DNA from: Zygophlyctis sp. KS116 | Lineage: Eukaryota; Fungi; Chytridiomycota | NCBI GenBank assembly: GCA_054661495.1 | Contig: BAAFSQ010000008.1 | Coordinates: 60,172 to 92,171, forward strand | Direction of reading: 5' to 3' | Length of the DNA: 32,000 nt | Shown here: piece after piece, positions 21,973 to 32,000 of the stretch | Position numbering within the stretch: position 1 is the stretch's first letter | Layout of the letters: the number at the start of each line of letters is the position of its first letter | The notes under the pieces: model-generated | What the model was told of the DNA's origin: nothing | Seen by the model: only the letters and a program-made list of their open reading frames with translations | The model's database searches: none | Position numbers and translations under genes: made by a program

Positions 21973-22374
21973 TTTAGCAAGTTTAACGTCCCGAAAGATA
22001 TTTTTAAGATCTCATAAAACTATGACTGGTCAATTATCATTGAGTTTCTTTTGAATCCATACCATGACTTCTTGTATGGAGAGGCGTACATTCCATGATG
22101 AACTTCAAAGATAGAATCATAGTTATACTTAATATTGGATCATTGTTCGATATCCAGTGGATCTGTTTGCTTGATTTTACCCAGATCTTCAAACATGATT
22201 ATTGTTTATGTCATCAATCGGGATAATACATTGTTCTAATTGATCAGAATTGGAATATGTTGAAGAACAGAGCTACGTCACTCAAGAAACGTCATCTGAA
22301 TGATGTATCGGAAGATTCATCGTTAGAAAATAGATTATAACTCTTTGACCACTTTATTTCAACAGAATATATTG

Positions 22375-23781
22375 ATGTCTCGATCGATAAAGCGATGGAT
22401 AAGGAACCTTTTGATTTTATTAATAATTTTCACTTTTACATCCTTTCTCATTGCATCTCTGATTGTAGAAAATGGTAAGCAAAATGCTAATGCCGCAACA
22501 ATATCTCCATTATCCCGTACAAATTTACTAAACAGATCTTCGGATGAATGGCTTCCGATTAAAGTCAATCATTGTTTAAAAGGAATGCATTTTCTCTCTG
22601 CGCCATGCGTAAAAGATCGACATCCTAATTCAAATTTGGTAGTTGCGGAGGAGTTGATATACTGTGCCTTTCGCATTAAAGTACCAGAATTCGTAAATCA
22701 GTATCAAAAGAACCAATGGATAGTGAATATGAGAGAATTAGAACGAATGAAGATTAGTAAAAATCAAGAATGGGCAAATTATCCTAGCGTTCATGGACAG
22801 AACTTGATTTTTGAAAATGCGATTTATAGAGGATCACCACCTGCAGATAGTTGGTCTGATCAAGCATGCATGGGAGTAGCAGCATCAGCGCTTGATTTTT
22901 TTAAAAAAACCATTCCAGAGAACATGACAGAGTTAATTGAAAACGCTGTCAATCATTTGGTGATTGCAACGACACCTGACTCTTGGAGTTTTCAGCATTT
23001 CTTGGACAGAGTGACTATCGTTTGGAGTCAAGCTTTACTATCTATTGCTGAAAATGATCGACATAATGTGACCGTTCTGTCAGGATCTCCTCCAACAGAT
23101 TCAATCGTCTACCCCATTTATAATCGCATGGGCGTCAGAAAACATTTGCACAATGTAGAATCTATCACTGCTAAATACATTCATTTTTCATGCAAAGCTC
23201 CATTAGTTCACCCTTTTACTACTCAAAGATTGAATGATTTAATGGCTATTAATCAGAGATTTACTGACGACAATATCAAAGATTCTAAAAGGAACACTAT
23301 AATGATGATGCCAAGAGGAACCGAGAATGAGCATAATGGTGGAAGGTCTATACTTAATCAAACACAGCTTAATGATGCCATCATTCAATTAATTCATCAG
23401 AGAAAAAAGAATGAAACTTTCCTCATTTTTAATGCCGAAAACTATAATTCACTTGACGAGATACTCAATATCATGTCTGGAGTCAAAGCTATTATATCTC
23501 CTCATGGAGCAGGATTATACAATGCACGTTTTGCACATATTGATACTTTAGTTTTAGAGGTGATGCCAATCTCTGAAGGTAAAATTAATAGACCTCCAGT
23601 GTTTTGGGAACAATCAAGACTATTAGAGCAAAAATATGCCATATACCTAGCTGAAGCTGTTAATTCAAATGAAGACATGAAGATTACTGATATTGATGAG
23701 TTTATCAAATTTTTGAATGATCAGTTGGATGACCCAAAGTCAATAGTATTGGAAAAGTCTTATGACTATGTGGCAGAATAA
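22375..23781 (+). CDS. Type II membrane glycosyltransferase, GT61 (DUF563)-like; start uncertain
   Basis: N-terminal TM after a basic patch; FQHFLDR, GRSILNQ, IISPHGAGLYNARFA, VLEVMP. First in-frame ATG is 22375. An upstream exon (ATG 22257, possible 22-nt intron 22305-22326) would also be in frame. Confidence 0.75.
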   Translation: MSRSIKRWIRNLLILLIIFTFTSFLIASLIVENGKQNANAATISPLSRTNLLNRSSDEWLPIKVNHCLKGMHFLSAPCVKDRHPNSNLVVAEELIYCAFRIKVPEFVNQYQKNQWIVNMRELERMKISKNQEWANYPSVHGQNLIFENAIYRGSPPADSWSDQACMGVAASALDFFKKTIPENMTELIENAVNHLVIATTPDSWSFQHFLDRVTIVWSQALLSIAENDRHNVTVLSGSPPTDSIVYPIYNRMGVRKHLHNVESITAKYIHFSCKAPLVHPFTTQRLNDLMAINQRFTDDNIKDSKRNTIMMMPRGTENEHNGGRSILNQTQLNDAIIQLIHQRKKNETFLIFNAENYNSLDEILNIMSGVKAIISPHGAGLYNARFAHIDTLVLEVMPISEGKINRPPVFWEQSRLLEQKYAIYLAEAVNSNEDMKITDIDEFIKFLNDQLDDPKSIVLEKSYDYVAE

Positions 23782-23951
23782 CTCTGGTAAAAAGGATTAT
23801 TCTCAAAAGATATTTATTTTAGATTCGTAATACTAACTAATTAAAAAAATCATTCAAGTTAAATCTAGATATTGAGTAGCGTTTCATGCAACAAATCATG
23901 TGCGGCAGTTTGTTTAATTTTGCCAGTGGCGTAAAGTTTGGATAAATAAAT

Positions 23952-25112
23952 ATGTCAGGAAGGGACCGATTAGGAGATCTAAGAGTAAGATTCAGAGATG
24001 ATCTAAATCCAATAGAATAATTCAAACGGATATGGAAATCGGGCAAGTTCCCAGAATGATAGAGTAAGGAATCATCAGACAATTGAGATGGAGGGAATCT
24101 CATCAAGAACTTCAAGCACTAGGGGATCACCTAGATCTGGGGATATGTCATCAGAGAGTAGTCCTTCATATGCTAGTCCTAGAGGTAATAATGAATTCAA
24201 TCAGGAGGTAATAATTAAAAATTTAATAGTTTCAGGTGGAATTTATTGAACAAAGCATTTCTCAAATCAGATCAAACATTCAATCTATCCAAAAATTACA
24301 TTCCAGAGCTCTAGATGCTGCTAATCCGAATGAGCAGAAAAGTAAAAGTTTAAAATGTTAATGTTAGATGTTACCAATCAAGTTGATAGAGCTCAGGATG
24401 ATACTAATCGCTTAATTTCAGAAACTAGAGATCGACTACAAAGGCTTGCATCAGCTACCAAATCTTCATCCGGTAGTGAAGCTAGAGTCCGAAAGGCAAA
24501 ACAATCTGAAATAGCCAAATCGTTTATGAAGGTTGTTGAATCTTATCAAAGTATGCAATCAAGTTCTAGAAAAGAGTATCGTAAAAGAGTCGAAAGAGAA
24601 TTAAAGATTGCAAAACCTGATGCTACTCCTCAAGAAATTGAACGTGCTCTAGATTCTAGATCTGGAGGAGTTTTTGCTCAGCAAATGCTCTCGGGTGCAT
24701 CAAATCAAAGAATTTTAGCTCAAGTCAAGGGAAGGCACGAGGAAATCCTAAAATTGGAAGAATCAATAAATGATCTTGTAAATCTATTCCAAGAAATGCA
24801 ATTATTGATTGATGTAATTTTTTCAAATTCTAATTCTAGTCTCAGCAAGAGCTTATCTCTACAATTGACACTCATATCGAATCTTCAGCAGTGGATATTC
24901 AAGAAGCATCAAGAGAAGTATCTAAAGCCATTGATTACAGGAAAAGATCTCGAAAGAAATGGCGATGGTGCTGTTTGTTATTCATAATTCTGATTATCGT
25001 TGGAGGTGTTGTATTATACTTATTTGTAATCCAACCACAACTGAAACAGAATGCACAAGGAACACAAGGAGCACAAGGAACACAAGGAACACAAGGAACA
25101 CAAGGCAAATAA
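23952..25112 (+). CDS. Plasma-membrane-type syntaxin (Sso1/syntaxin-1-like Qa-SNARE), ~349 aa
   Basis: N-peptide MSGRDRLGDLR, Habc helices, IAKPDATPQEI, RHEEILKLEESINDLVNLFQEM..D|SQQE, C-terminal TM. Introns 23985-24015 (31), 24208-24235 (28), 24342-24367 (26), 24814-24839 (26). Confidence 0.92.
25054..25105 (+). repeat. 9-bp coding tandem repeat (CACAAGGAA) x~5.8 encoding (T/A)QG repeats
   Basis: Directly visible; lies after the syntaxin TM helix. Confidence 0.9.
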
Positions 25113-25217
25113 ATTTAGCATTTCATCTCTGAGACTAAAATATTATTTGAATATTCTCCAACTTGAATAACCGGTGCAGATTTGAGTGAGAATTTGACAA
25201 TCCCTGAAACTTGAAAA

Positions 25218-25424
25218 ATGTCTCCTAAAAAGATCAATGCAGATGTTGAATCCCTGCTCTCTCAAGATATTGAAGAATCTTCCCCTAATTACAGGAAAAT
25301 AGCAAGGAACAGGTGCGGATGGATCATTTTACTTAGCATCATAATCATCGGACTCTTATCTTTTATAATTTACAGAGAAATAGCTGCCCCACTTAAAGAA
25401 TACTATGAATTCAAAAAGGAATAA
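25218..25424 (+). CDS. Small single-pass membrane protein, 68 aa
   Basis: AAAA-ATG context as in neighbouring genes; acidic N-terminus, basic patch, TM helix. Fills an otherwise empty gap. No family recognised. Confidence 0.55.
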   Translation: MSPKKINADVESLLSQDIEESSPNYRKIARNRCGWIILLSIIIIGLLSFIIYREIAAPLKEYYEFKKE

Positions 25425-25447
25425 TCTTGTATTTTGCATGCTACAAA

Positions 25448-26106
25448 TCATAAACTTTTATTTCTCTTTTTATAATCCATTGGAGACTCATAATTTTCTT
25501 GAGCCCACATTCCAATCTTTTTAGTTTTTGCCACAGTCTCTGCCTTTACTAATTCATCCCTTTTTCTAGATTTGGTATATTAAAATTACCCATCAAAAGA
25601 TGCTAAACTCCCATCATAAACACACGCAAGTCCTTGTTTAACCATTTCCAATGATACATTCCTCTTTACGGGAAAAAACCACCAAACCTTTTTCTCTACA
25701 ATGACTATATTTAGAGAGTATTTATATACCAGAACCAATGATCCTATCATACTGATCTTTCTTTAATAATTTAACAGTCACAGATTTTCCAAGTAAATAA
25801 TCAGAGAGCCAATTCTTTGCTTCTTGAGAATATGGTTGAGGAGTTTTCCCAAAATGTCCCATCTAAAACATTATTAAAATAAATTACTTCTGGAGCATCT
25901 ACCCCTGCTAATCTAACTGAAAGAGTTGTTGGAACTCGGACAAGAGGATATTTCGGATAATGCAATATTCTAAATCCATCCCCATCTCCAACTCTAGTCA
26001 CTAATCCCACAATACTCACATTTCTTAAAAACCAAGAGTCTGGAATTTCTTTAACAGTTTTAAACGCAACGAGAGAGTATTTAATTCGACTTAGCCAGTG
26101 CAACAT
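25448..26106 (-). CDS. LCL3: LCL3-like staphylococcal nuclease (SNase), paralog A, ~194 aa
   Basis: VTRVGDGDGFR, VRLAGVDAPE|MGHFGKTPQPYS, KDQYDRI, GLACVY, KKIGMW, ESPMDYKK. Introns 25863-25887 (25), 25705-25729 (25), 25566-25589 (24). Confidence 0.88.
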
Positions 26107-26632
26107 TTTGATTTTTTTTAAATTGTCCTGGAGACTGAAAAGTTGAAGACCAAATCCCTTTTTTAGCTGTAGATGCTTCTTCCTGAGCCTTTAAAAATAA
26201 CTCTTTTAAATCCCCAAATTCACTTCCCCTTCCTACATATACTACAGAGAGTCCATTTTTTACAGACTCCAAGCATAAATTCCTCTTTATCCAAGGAACA
26301 ATTAAAGGAAAATCATAAACCATTCCTATTAATCTACCATACTGATCTCTAGAAAATAATTGAATTAAAATAATCTTGTTTAATGTTTGATTTAGAAAAT
26401 CTCTTGATTCTAAAGAAAACGGTTGACCTGGACTATTATTTTTCAGAGTTTCAGGGGCATCAATTCCAGCAAGTCTAAGAGATATTTTAGATTTACAAGA
26501 TTTAGATTTAAAAAAATTAAATATAGAAATAGGAGTAAAGTGGAGGGAATCCCCATCAATAACATGATCTACTCTTCCTAGAATATAGGAATTGGGTTTG
26601 AAAGAAGACAAGTCTGGATTAAACAATATCAT
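26081..26632 (-). CDS. LCL3-like staphylococcal nuclease (SNase), paralog B, intronless, 183 aa
   Basis: VIDGDS, LRLAGIDAPE, GQPFS, RDQYGRL, GLSVVY, KKGIW, SPGQFKK. Confidence 0.88.
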   Translation of the reverse strand: MILFNPDLSSFKPNSYILGRVDHVIDGDSLHFTPISIFNFFKSKSCKSKISLRLAGIDAPETLKNNSPGQPFSLESRDFLNQTLNKIILIQLFSRDQYGRLIGMVYDFPLIVPWIKRNLCLESVKNGLSVVYVGRGSEFGDLKELFLKAQEEASTAKKGIWSSTFQSPGQFKKNQNVALAKSN

Positions 26633-26676
26633 CTCAAAGAGTTTCTGGAATTAAGTCTAGGGTGACAAATGAGGAG

Positions 26677-27219
26677 ATGAGGGTTATGTATTTTGGATTT
26701 TTTGGATTTTTGGGAATTTTTGGAATTTTGTACTTGTTTTTTAGACCTCTTGCTCCAGAATTAGAGACTGGGAAGAAAAAAAAGAGAAAGAAGAAGGCTA
26801 AAGTTGTAAAAGACACGCAAGTTGTAAAACAAGTTGTAGATTTAGACTATAAAACTGTTGATACTCTAGAGGATAATGTAGAACCAAATGTAGAACCAGA
26901 GAGTCAAACTAGGAAATTCTTTGAGAGGGAGACCATGGTAGAAGAGGATAGAGAGATGAGAGAGACTCAACAAGAAGATGAGCAGGGCAGACAAAGAAGG
27001 ATTTTGGTCATTAAGCCACGGACATCAGAGTCTAAAGTCAAAATGAGTACTGGGAGGAAAAAGATGGAAGAAAATAGTCTGACAAAGAAGCAGAAGCAAA
27101 ATTTAAGGAAAAAGGAAATTGAAAAGGCAATCAAGAGTGAAAATGAGATTATGCAGAAGAAAAGACTAGAGAAATATAGGAGGGAGCAAGAAAAGGAGGC
27201 TTTAAAGAAACTTAAATAA
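26677..27219 (+). CDS. Uncharacterised protein with N-terminal TM helix and highly charged tail
   Basis: ATG 26677; TM followed by a poly-Lys patch; C-terminal LTKKQKQNLRKKE..RLEKYRREQ helix. Intronless. Confidence 0.75.
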   Translation: MRVMYFGFFGFLGIFGILYLFFRPLAPELETGKKKKRKKKAKVVKDTQVVKQVVDLDYKTVDTLEDNVEPNVEPESQTRKFFERETMVEEDREMRETQQEDEQGRQRRILVIKPRTSESKVKMSTGRKKMEENSLTKKQKQNLRKKEIEKAIKSENEIMQKKRLEKYRREQEKEALKKLK

Positions 27220-27239
27220 AAAGAAATTTTAAATTTCTT

Positions 27240-28706
27240 TTATAAAATGAATGCTAAAATGGTAAAGATGATTGCCAATGAGGTGACCAAGGTTAACTCT
27301 CCAGATTGGGAAGGTTTTTTGGGAATGGGGCTGTTTTTGAATTGCTCATAGGTTTGAATAGGTCTAGAAGTATCATTCCATGCACAGCTAGGAGAGGTAC
27401 AGAGACATTGGCATGCTGCTGGATCCCACCATAATGTGTCACAATTGTCTGGGACTGGACACTTGTTTGTGTTTTTAGAAGGAGCGGGGTTTTGCAAAGA
27501 AGGATACTCTGATGGACAACCATAACAGGTATTTATAGTTCCATTTGGTAAAAAACAAGAGTCCATACCTATAATCTTAGTATTTTGGGGTACCTGTGGT
27601 TCCTAATCCGTTACAAATATTTGTTGGTGGTGCTGGATTTGGATTGCATTGCATATATGGTTGAGATCCTAGTTGAGATGCAGAGACTGGATTTTTCATA
27701 TATTCAATCAATTGTGAAGGCGTAACCATCCAAACATTAGGTCTAGACATTGCATAATCTAGGAAATCTCGCAATGCTTTTCCTTTTTCTGCACCATTTG
27801 GAATGGAAGGAGGAATAGCAGGACCAATCTTTTATTTAATTTAGTTAATCTTACCCAAACAGGATGCAAATAAACCCCAAAAGGTACTCTTCCATTTGCA
27901 TAATGACTATCAAAAGTAGTACGATAAGCATTTGTAACATCTTCAGGCTTCATTGGATTTGTCAAGGAAGGAGAATTAAAGATATCCATCAATTCAATTC
28001 CTGTATTTGCATTGACGGTATACATTGGAACTTCCCATAAACCTTTCGCATCCAACCCTGGCTTTCCACAGATAGAAAGAATACCACCACAATCTGTGAC
28101 AACTCCATAATCCATAGTATAAGGCCAAATCTTTTCATTTGGAGACGCTGCAAGAGATGAATCCCATTCAAACCCCATCTTTGCAAGATTATTTAATGCT
28201 TCTACAGAATAATTTAAAAGAGGAAATCTTCCACCCTTAATTTTCCCTCTAGGAATTCCAGCCAAAGAGTTTGCCCAAGCTCTAAATCCCTCAAATTCCT
28301 GAAAAGAACTCGAGTCTGGCGGAGTATGCGAAACTGAATGATCTGCAATTTCATTCCCTTGTGCATACCATCTAGTAGCCAGTATAGGATCTGAATAATA
28401 AGCCTGAGTAAACCAAGTTGCTTTTGCGGGACAACCATTTGGATTTCTCCTATTTTCAAACAAACCTCTTGCTTGAGGCATCAAAGATTCTTGAATAGAA
28501 TCATCAAATGTCAGCATCAGAAACTGTGGAGGATCCTGCACTGGAGGAGATGTAGAAGCACATCTACAACTTGGCAATTGACATTTTGAAGAATCACAAT
28601 TATATCCTTCAAATGGATTATTTGATCCAACAACTGGTCTTGCCCCTTCTTGAGCATTGACAATAGCATTCAAAAGACAAAGTGACCAGATCATACTTTC
28701 CAACAT
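27240..28706 (-). CDS. Secreted CE4 polysaccharide/chitin deacetylase-like protein with Cys-rich C-terminus and probable GPI signal, ~471 aa; start 28694-28721
   Basis: C..SKCQLPSCRCAS, PQFLMLTFDD, NPNGCP..ATWF, EIADHSVSH, LWEVPM, PFGVYLH, VWMVT..QLIEYMKNP. Introns 27829-27854 (26) and 27569-27593 (25). Confidence 0.9.
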
Positions 28707-28761
28707 GTAAACAAACACCATCTTAAAATAGCTTGACACGCAACCCCTTGCCCAACTCCTA

Positions 28762-28965
28762 ATGAATTTTATAATTTCATCACTTTTCCAAAAACCTCTC
28801 ACTTCACTCTCTAGCACCTTCAATCCTCTCTTTACCAGTCTCAGAAATTACAGAGTCAAATCCTCATTGAAGAAACGATGCCAGCACTGCTTCTTTGTGA
28901 CTAGAAAAGGAAAACTCAGAGTCATTTGTCATGAAAATCCACGACACAAGCAGAGACAGAAATAA
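28762..28965 (+). CDS. RTC6: Mitochondrial ribosomal protein bL36m
   Basis: Presequence-like N-terminus, then [33 protein letters not shown]. Confidence 0.93.
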   Translation: MNFIISSLFQKPLTSLSSTFNPLFTSLRNYRVKSSLKKRCQHCFFVTRKGKLRVICHENPRHKQRQK

Positions 28966-29105
28966 AAAATATTTTTTACTTTACCTTTTTACAATTTTAG
29001 ATTTACTAGACCAGTTTTTGCAAAACTCTCAGTAAAACTCTCAGTAAAAGGTTAGTAGGGCTATTAAGTAGTTATAAAATCTTTATAATATTAGAATTAC
29101 ACTGT

Positions 29106-30581
29106 ATGAAACAACTCTGTCAACTGGTCAACATTTATCTAAGATCTGGACTTGATACTGATAACCCAAATCTAAAAATGAAAGTTTTACAAAGAGACTC
29201 TATTTCTAGTGTTCACGAAGCATTTCATGAAGCTAGAAGTCTGGAATCTAGACTTAAATCAAACAAGTCTCAACTATTAAGACTCAGACTCTTGATAAAG
29301 GAATTTTCAAGTCTAGAAACTATTGGGAATAATGTCCAGTTTCATCTAGAAAATTTCTTTGAAAAGGACTATTCTACAATTTGGGAATTTAAGATTCTAA
29401 ATAATTCTGGAAAAATACTAGTTCAAGACACTGTAGACTCACAACAGCTAAAATTAATCTCGGATTTAACTCTGAAATTTCCCCAAAATACTGTTTTATT
29501 CGAATTTAAAGATGGATTTTACATTTTAGAATCTAAAAAACAAGTAGACAATATGTCACCTTCAAACATTAATGATTCATACTCTCTAATAGAATTTAAG
29601 AGGATAAAAAATCTAGAAGAACGAATTAAAAAACTCAAGACGCAAATTTCAGAATTTTTAAATTCTACTGCAGACTCTTTAAAAGTATTTAAAGAAATTT
29701 CAAAAAGTAATTTAAAAGCTAAAGAATTCAAGTTTTCTATTAGAGGAATAGAAGCTGCAATCATTGAAAATTCACATCAAATATTGGGAATCAAGGGAAA
29801 GATTAATAAAGTCAAAATGATTTTAAAGAATAAATTGGACTCTTTACAAGACTCTAGGAATCAAGGGAAAGCTTTTGCTAAAAATTGCTTAAAAATCAGA
29901 TCTTTAATTTTAAATAATAGAAATTCACAGTTTGAAATTTTTCAATCTCTAGCAAGAAAGCAAAAGGAACTGGCATTGGAAACTAGAAGAATTTTTCAAA
30001 TTAATGAAAATTCAAATTCTATAAATGGACTAATTCCAGACTTTTTTGAAAGAAATCAAGAAAAAATGTCTAGTGCTTTTGGACTTGTTGCTCACTTGAT
30101 ATCTGTTTTATTTAGTTTAAATAATCTCAGACCCAGATATCCAATGGTTTTAAAAGGATCTAGATGTAGCATAATTGATTATATATCAGAAACAAAGTCT
30201 TTTCCAATGTATTTTACTCTTTATTAAATCATAGATATCCTCTTTATTCAAAAGGAATGGATCGTTCTAGGTTCGAATATGGTGTATTTTTACTAAACAA
30301 GAATATTCAACAAGTAATTCTTTAAAATTTATCTCTAGTTGTTAAAATATTTTGGTATTCCTTTAAAAAATAGACAGTTGCGTAGTACTCTTCATAATAT
30401 TAATTTAATCTGGAAAGCAATTGAACAAGAACCTTTGATACCAGTCATTATGGAAGATTCAGAGTCTGTAACGACATCATTAGTTCTCATGGACAAAAGA
30501 GCGACATCTCCTCTAAAATATGATGTTTGGAGTGAGTCTGCCTTTCAGACTGATGATATGTTTAGGATCTTTGACGATTAG
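29106..30581 (+). CDS. UVRAG/Vps38-like PI3K complex subunit, ~474 aa
   Basis: Coiled coil, SSAFGLVAH, RYPM..GSRCSIID, YPLYSKG..RFEYGVFLLNKNIQQL, LRSTLHNI. Introns 30209-30234 (26) and 30314-30338 (25). Confidence 0.85.
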
Positions 30582-30621
30582 AGCGATTTCGGAGATTTTT
30601 TCCGTGTGTATTAAATATAAA

Positions 30622-32000
30622 ATGGATGATGATATTAATCATTTGATTGATCATCATCACTTGTCTGTAAAGAAACCAATTTTGCATCCTTCATTTGCTA
30701 GTCTCGTGTCATACATTTCTAGCGGAACTAGAGGATACTTGTTTGCCACTAGAAAAGTGTCGTCGGCTGCGTTTAACATTTTTCAATACTCCACATGGGT
30801 GTCTATAGATTTCACTCGACGTCTCTTTGTGAATGGAATTAGTGCTGTTATGACTGCTAGAATCAAGGCTCAGACACCGCAGGATGGTCAGCATCTTGAT
30901 CATTTAAATTATTGGACAATTTGCTCTGTTGGATTTTTACAATCTACATTTTCTCTCACAGAATTATTAACAATGACGTCGTTTAATGTAGCTTCGGAAA
31001 CTGTTAAATTCTCTCTGGAATCTGCAGAATCAATGGTTAATTTGTTTGATGGTTTATTTGGTGATACGGAGACTTCTAAATGTATTGCGGCTTTTATAAG
31101 TCTATGGTGTGATTTACTAAAGTCAAGACTAGTTGATATGGGTTATGGCAATACTACATTTGGACAAATGATGATGATGGGGCATATGGCTAAATCAATC
31201 ATGGTAAAAATTATTTTAAATTTTGATGACTAGGCATTCTGTTGTCTGCAACATGTTACACGAAAAAGATGGAAAGCTTCTATTAATTTAGTTCCAGTTT
31301 ATAGTGGGAAACTCACAGAATCTGTTGAATCTACCCCTGAGCAATCCCATGCTCTGTGGATTTCTTCTGTAAAGGAAGAATTGCAAAATTATGAAGATTC
31401 ACTTTTAGATTCTAATGCTCCTTCAGAAGATACCCGTGTTGATGAATCCTCAAAAGGTTTATCATGGATTGATTTCAGATTGGCTGACTCTTTAATGAAA
31501 ACTCAACATGTTAGACGACGTTCAGTTGATGAACTCTCTCATGAAATCGATACAGTCAAGAATCACGGTCGATCAAAAACTGTGCCTAATGTCGAGGAAA
31601 AGGAGGCTATTCAACTCTTTACAATGTTTGAGATGGAAAAGATCAGGTTGAAGAGCCATAAATTATCTCAAAATCAAGGCATTGAAGTTTCTGAACCACA
31701 AACTCCGCGACAAGTTTCTTCCACTGACGAATCACCCTTTCAAATTCCGGATTTAGTTCAATTTTTAGAGCAAGCAAACAGAGTATCTAAATTTGCTATT
31801 GGTGCTTACGGTACAAACATGATGAAAATTTTGGGTATCGGAAAGGCTCGTGAATTCTCTCATGATTGGGGTGATGAGCTTCATAATCATCTCACATTTG
31901 CGCTTCAGTAAGTTTGATAAATTTTTAAATTACAGTACCAATATCAAAGTCGAACAGATCATTTTTTCATCATTTCACGAATCTACAACATTGCATCCTC
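30622..32000 (+). CDS. Fungal class-3 lipase-family protein, N-terminal part; runs off the window
   Basis: FDGLFGDTETSKCIAAFI and RVSKFAIGAYGTNMMKILGIG resemble the N-terminal region of large fungal lipase_3 proteins. Introns 31204-31233 (30) and 31908-31935 (28). The catalytic motif is not in the window. Confidence 0.7.

Noticed and set aside
23837-24115. 92-aa minus-strand ORF
   Set aside because: Antisense to the first two syntaxin exons.
1-32000. Mobile elements or a biosynthetic gene cluster
   Set aside because: No transposase, reverse transcriptase, terminal repeats or backbone enzymes; the genes are functionally mixed.

Overview
Gene-dense, AT-rich eukaryotic DNA. The gene set (Gti1/Pac2 factor, PSD2, LCL3-like nucleases, GPI-anchored CE4 deacetylase, TMEM128) points to a fungus, most likely a chytrid or similar early-diverging lineage; this is inference. 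I reconstruct about 25 protein-coding genes and one tRNA-Ser(GCT). The ORF track is fragmented because most genes are interrupted by tiny GT-AG introns. I placed 54 by hand, all 23-31 nt, and removing them restores full reading frames and conserved motifs. Many intergenic spacers are 9-76 bp, two gene pairs overlap, and one divergent pair has only 13 bp between start codons. The most notable findings are: the micro-intron system (apparent length floor near 23 nt, many AAG acceptors, stops in most 3n introns); a hidden HAUS8/QWRF-like augmin candidate overlapping MAD1; a WOPR transcription factor with a KHA-like C-terminal domain and duplicated WOPR-like sites at its own 5' end; overlapping tandem SNase paralogs with 0 versus 3 introns; tandem GPI-anchored DM13-like genes; and a GT61 glycosyltransferase. 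All family assignments come from motif recognition, not database searches.
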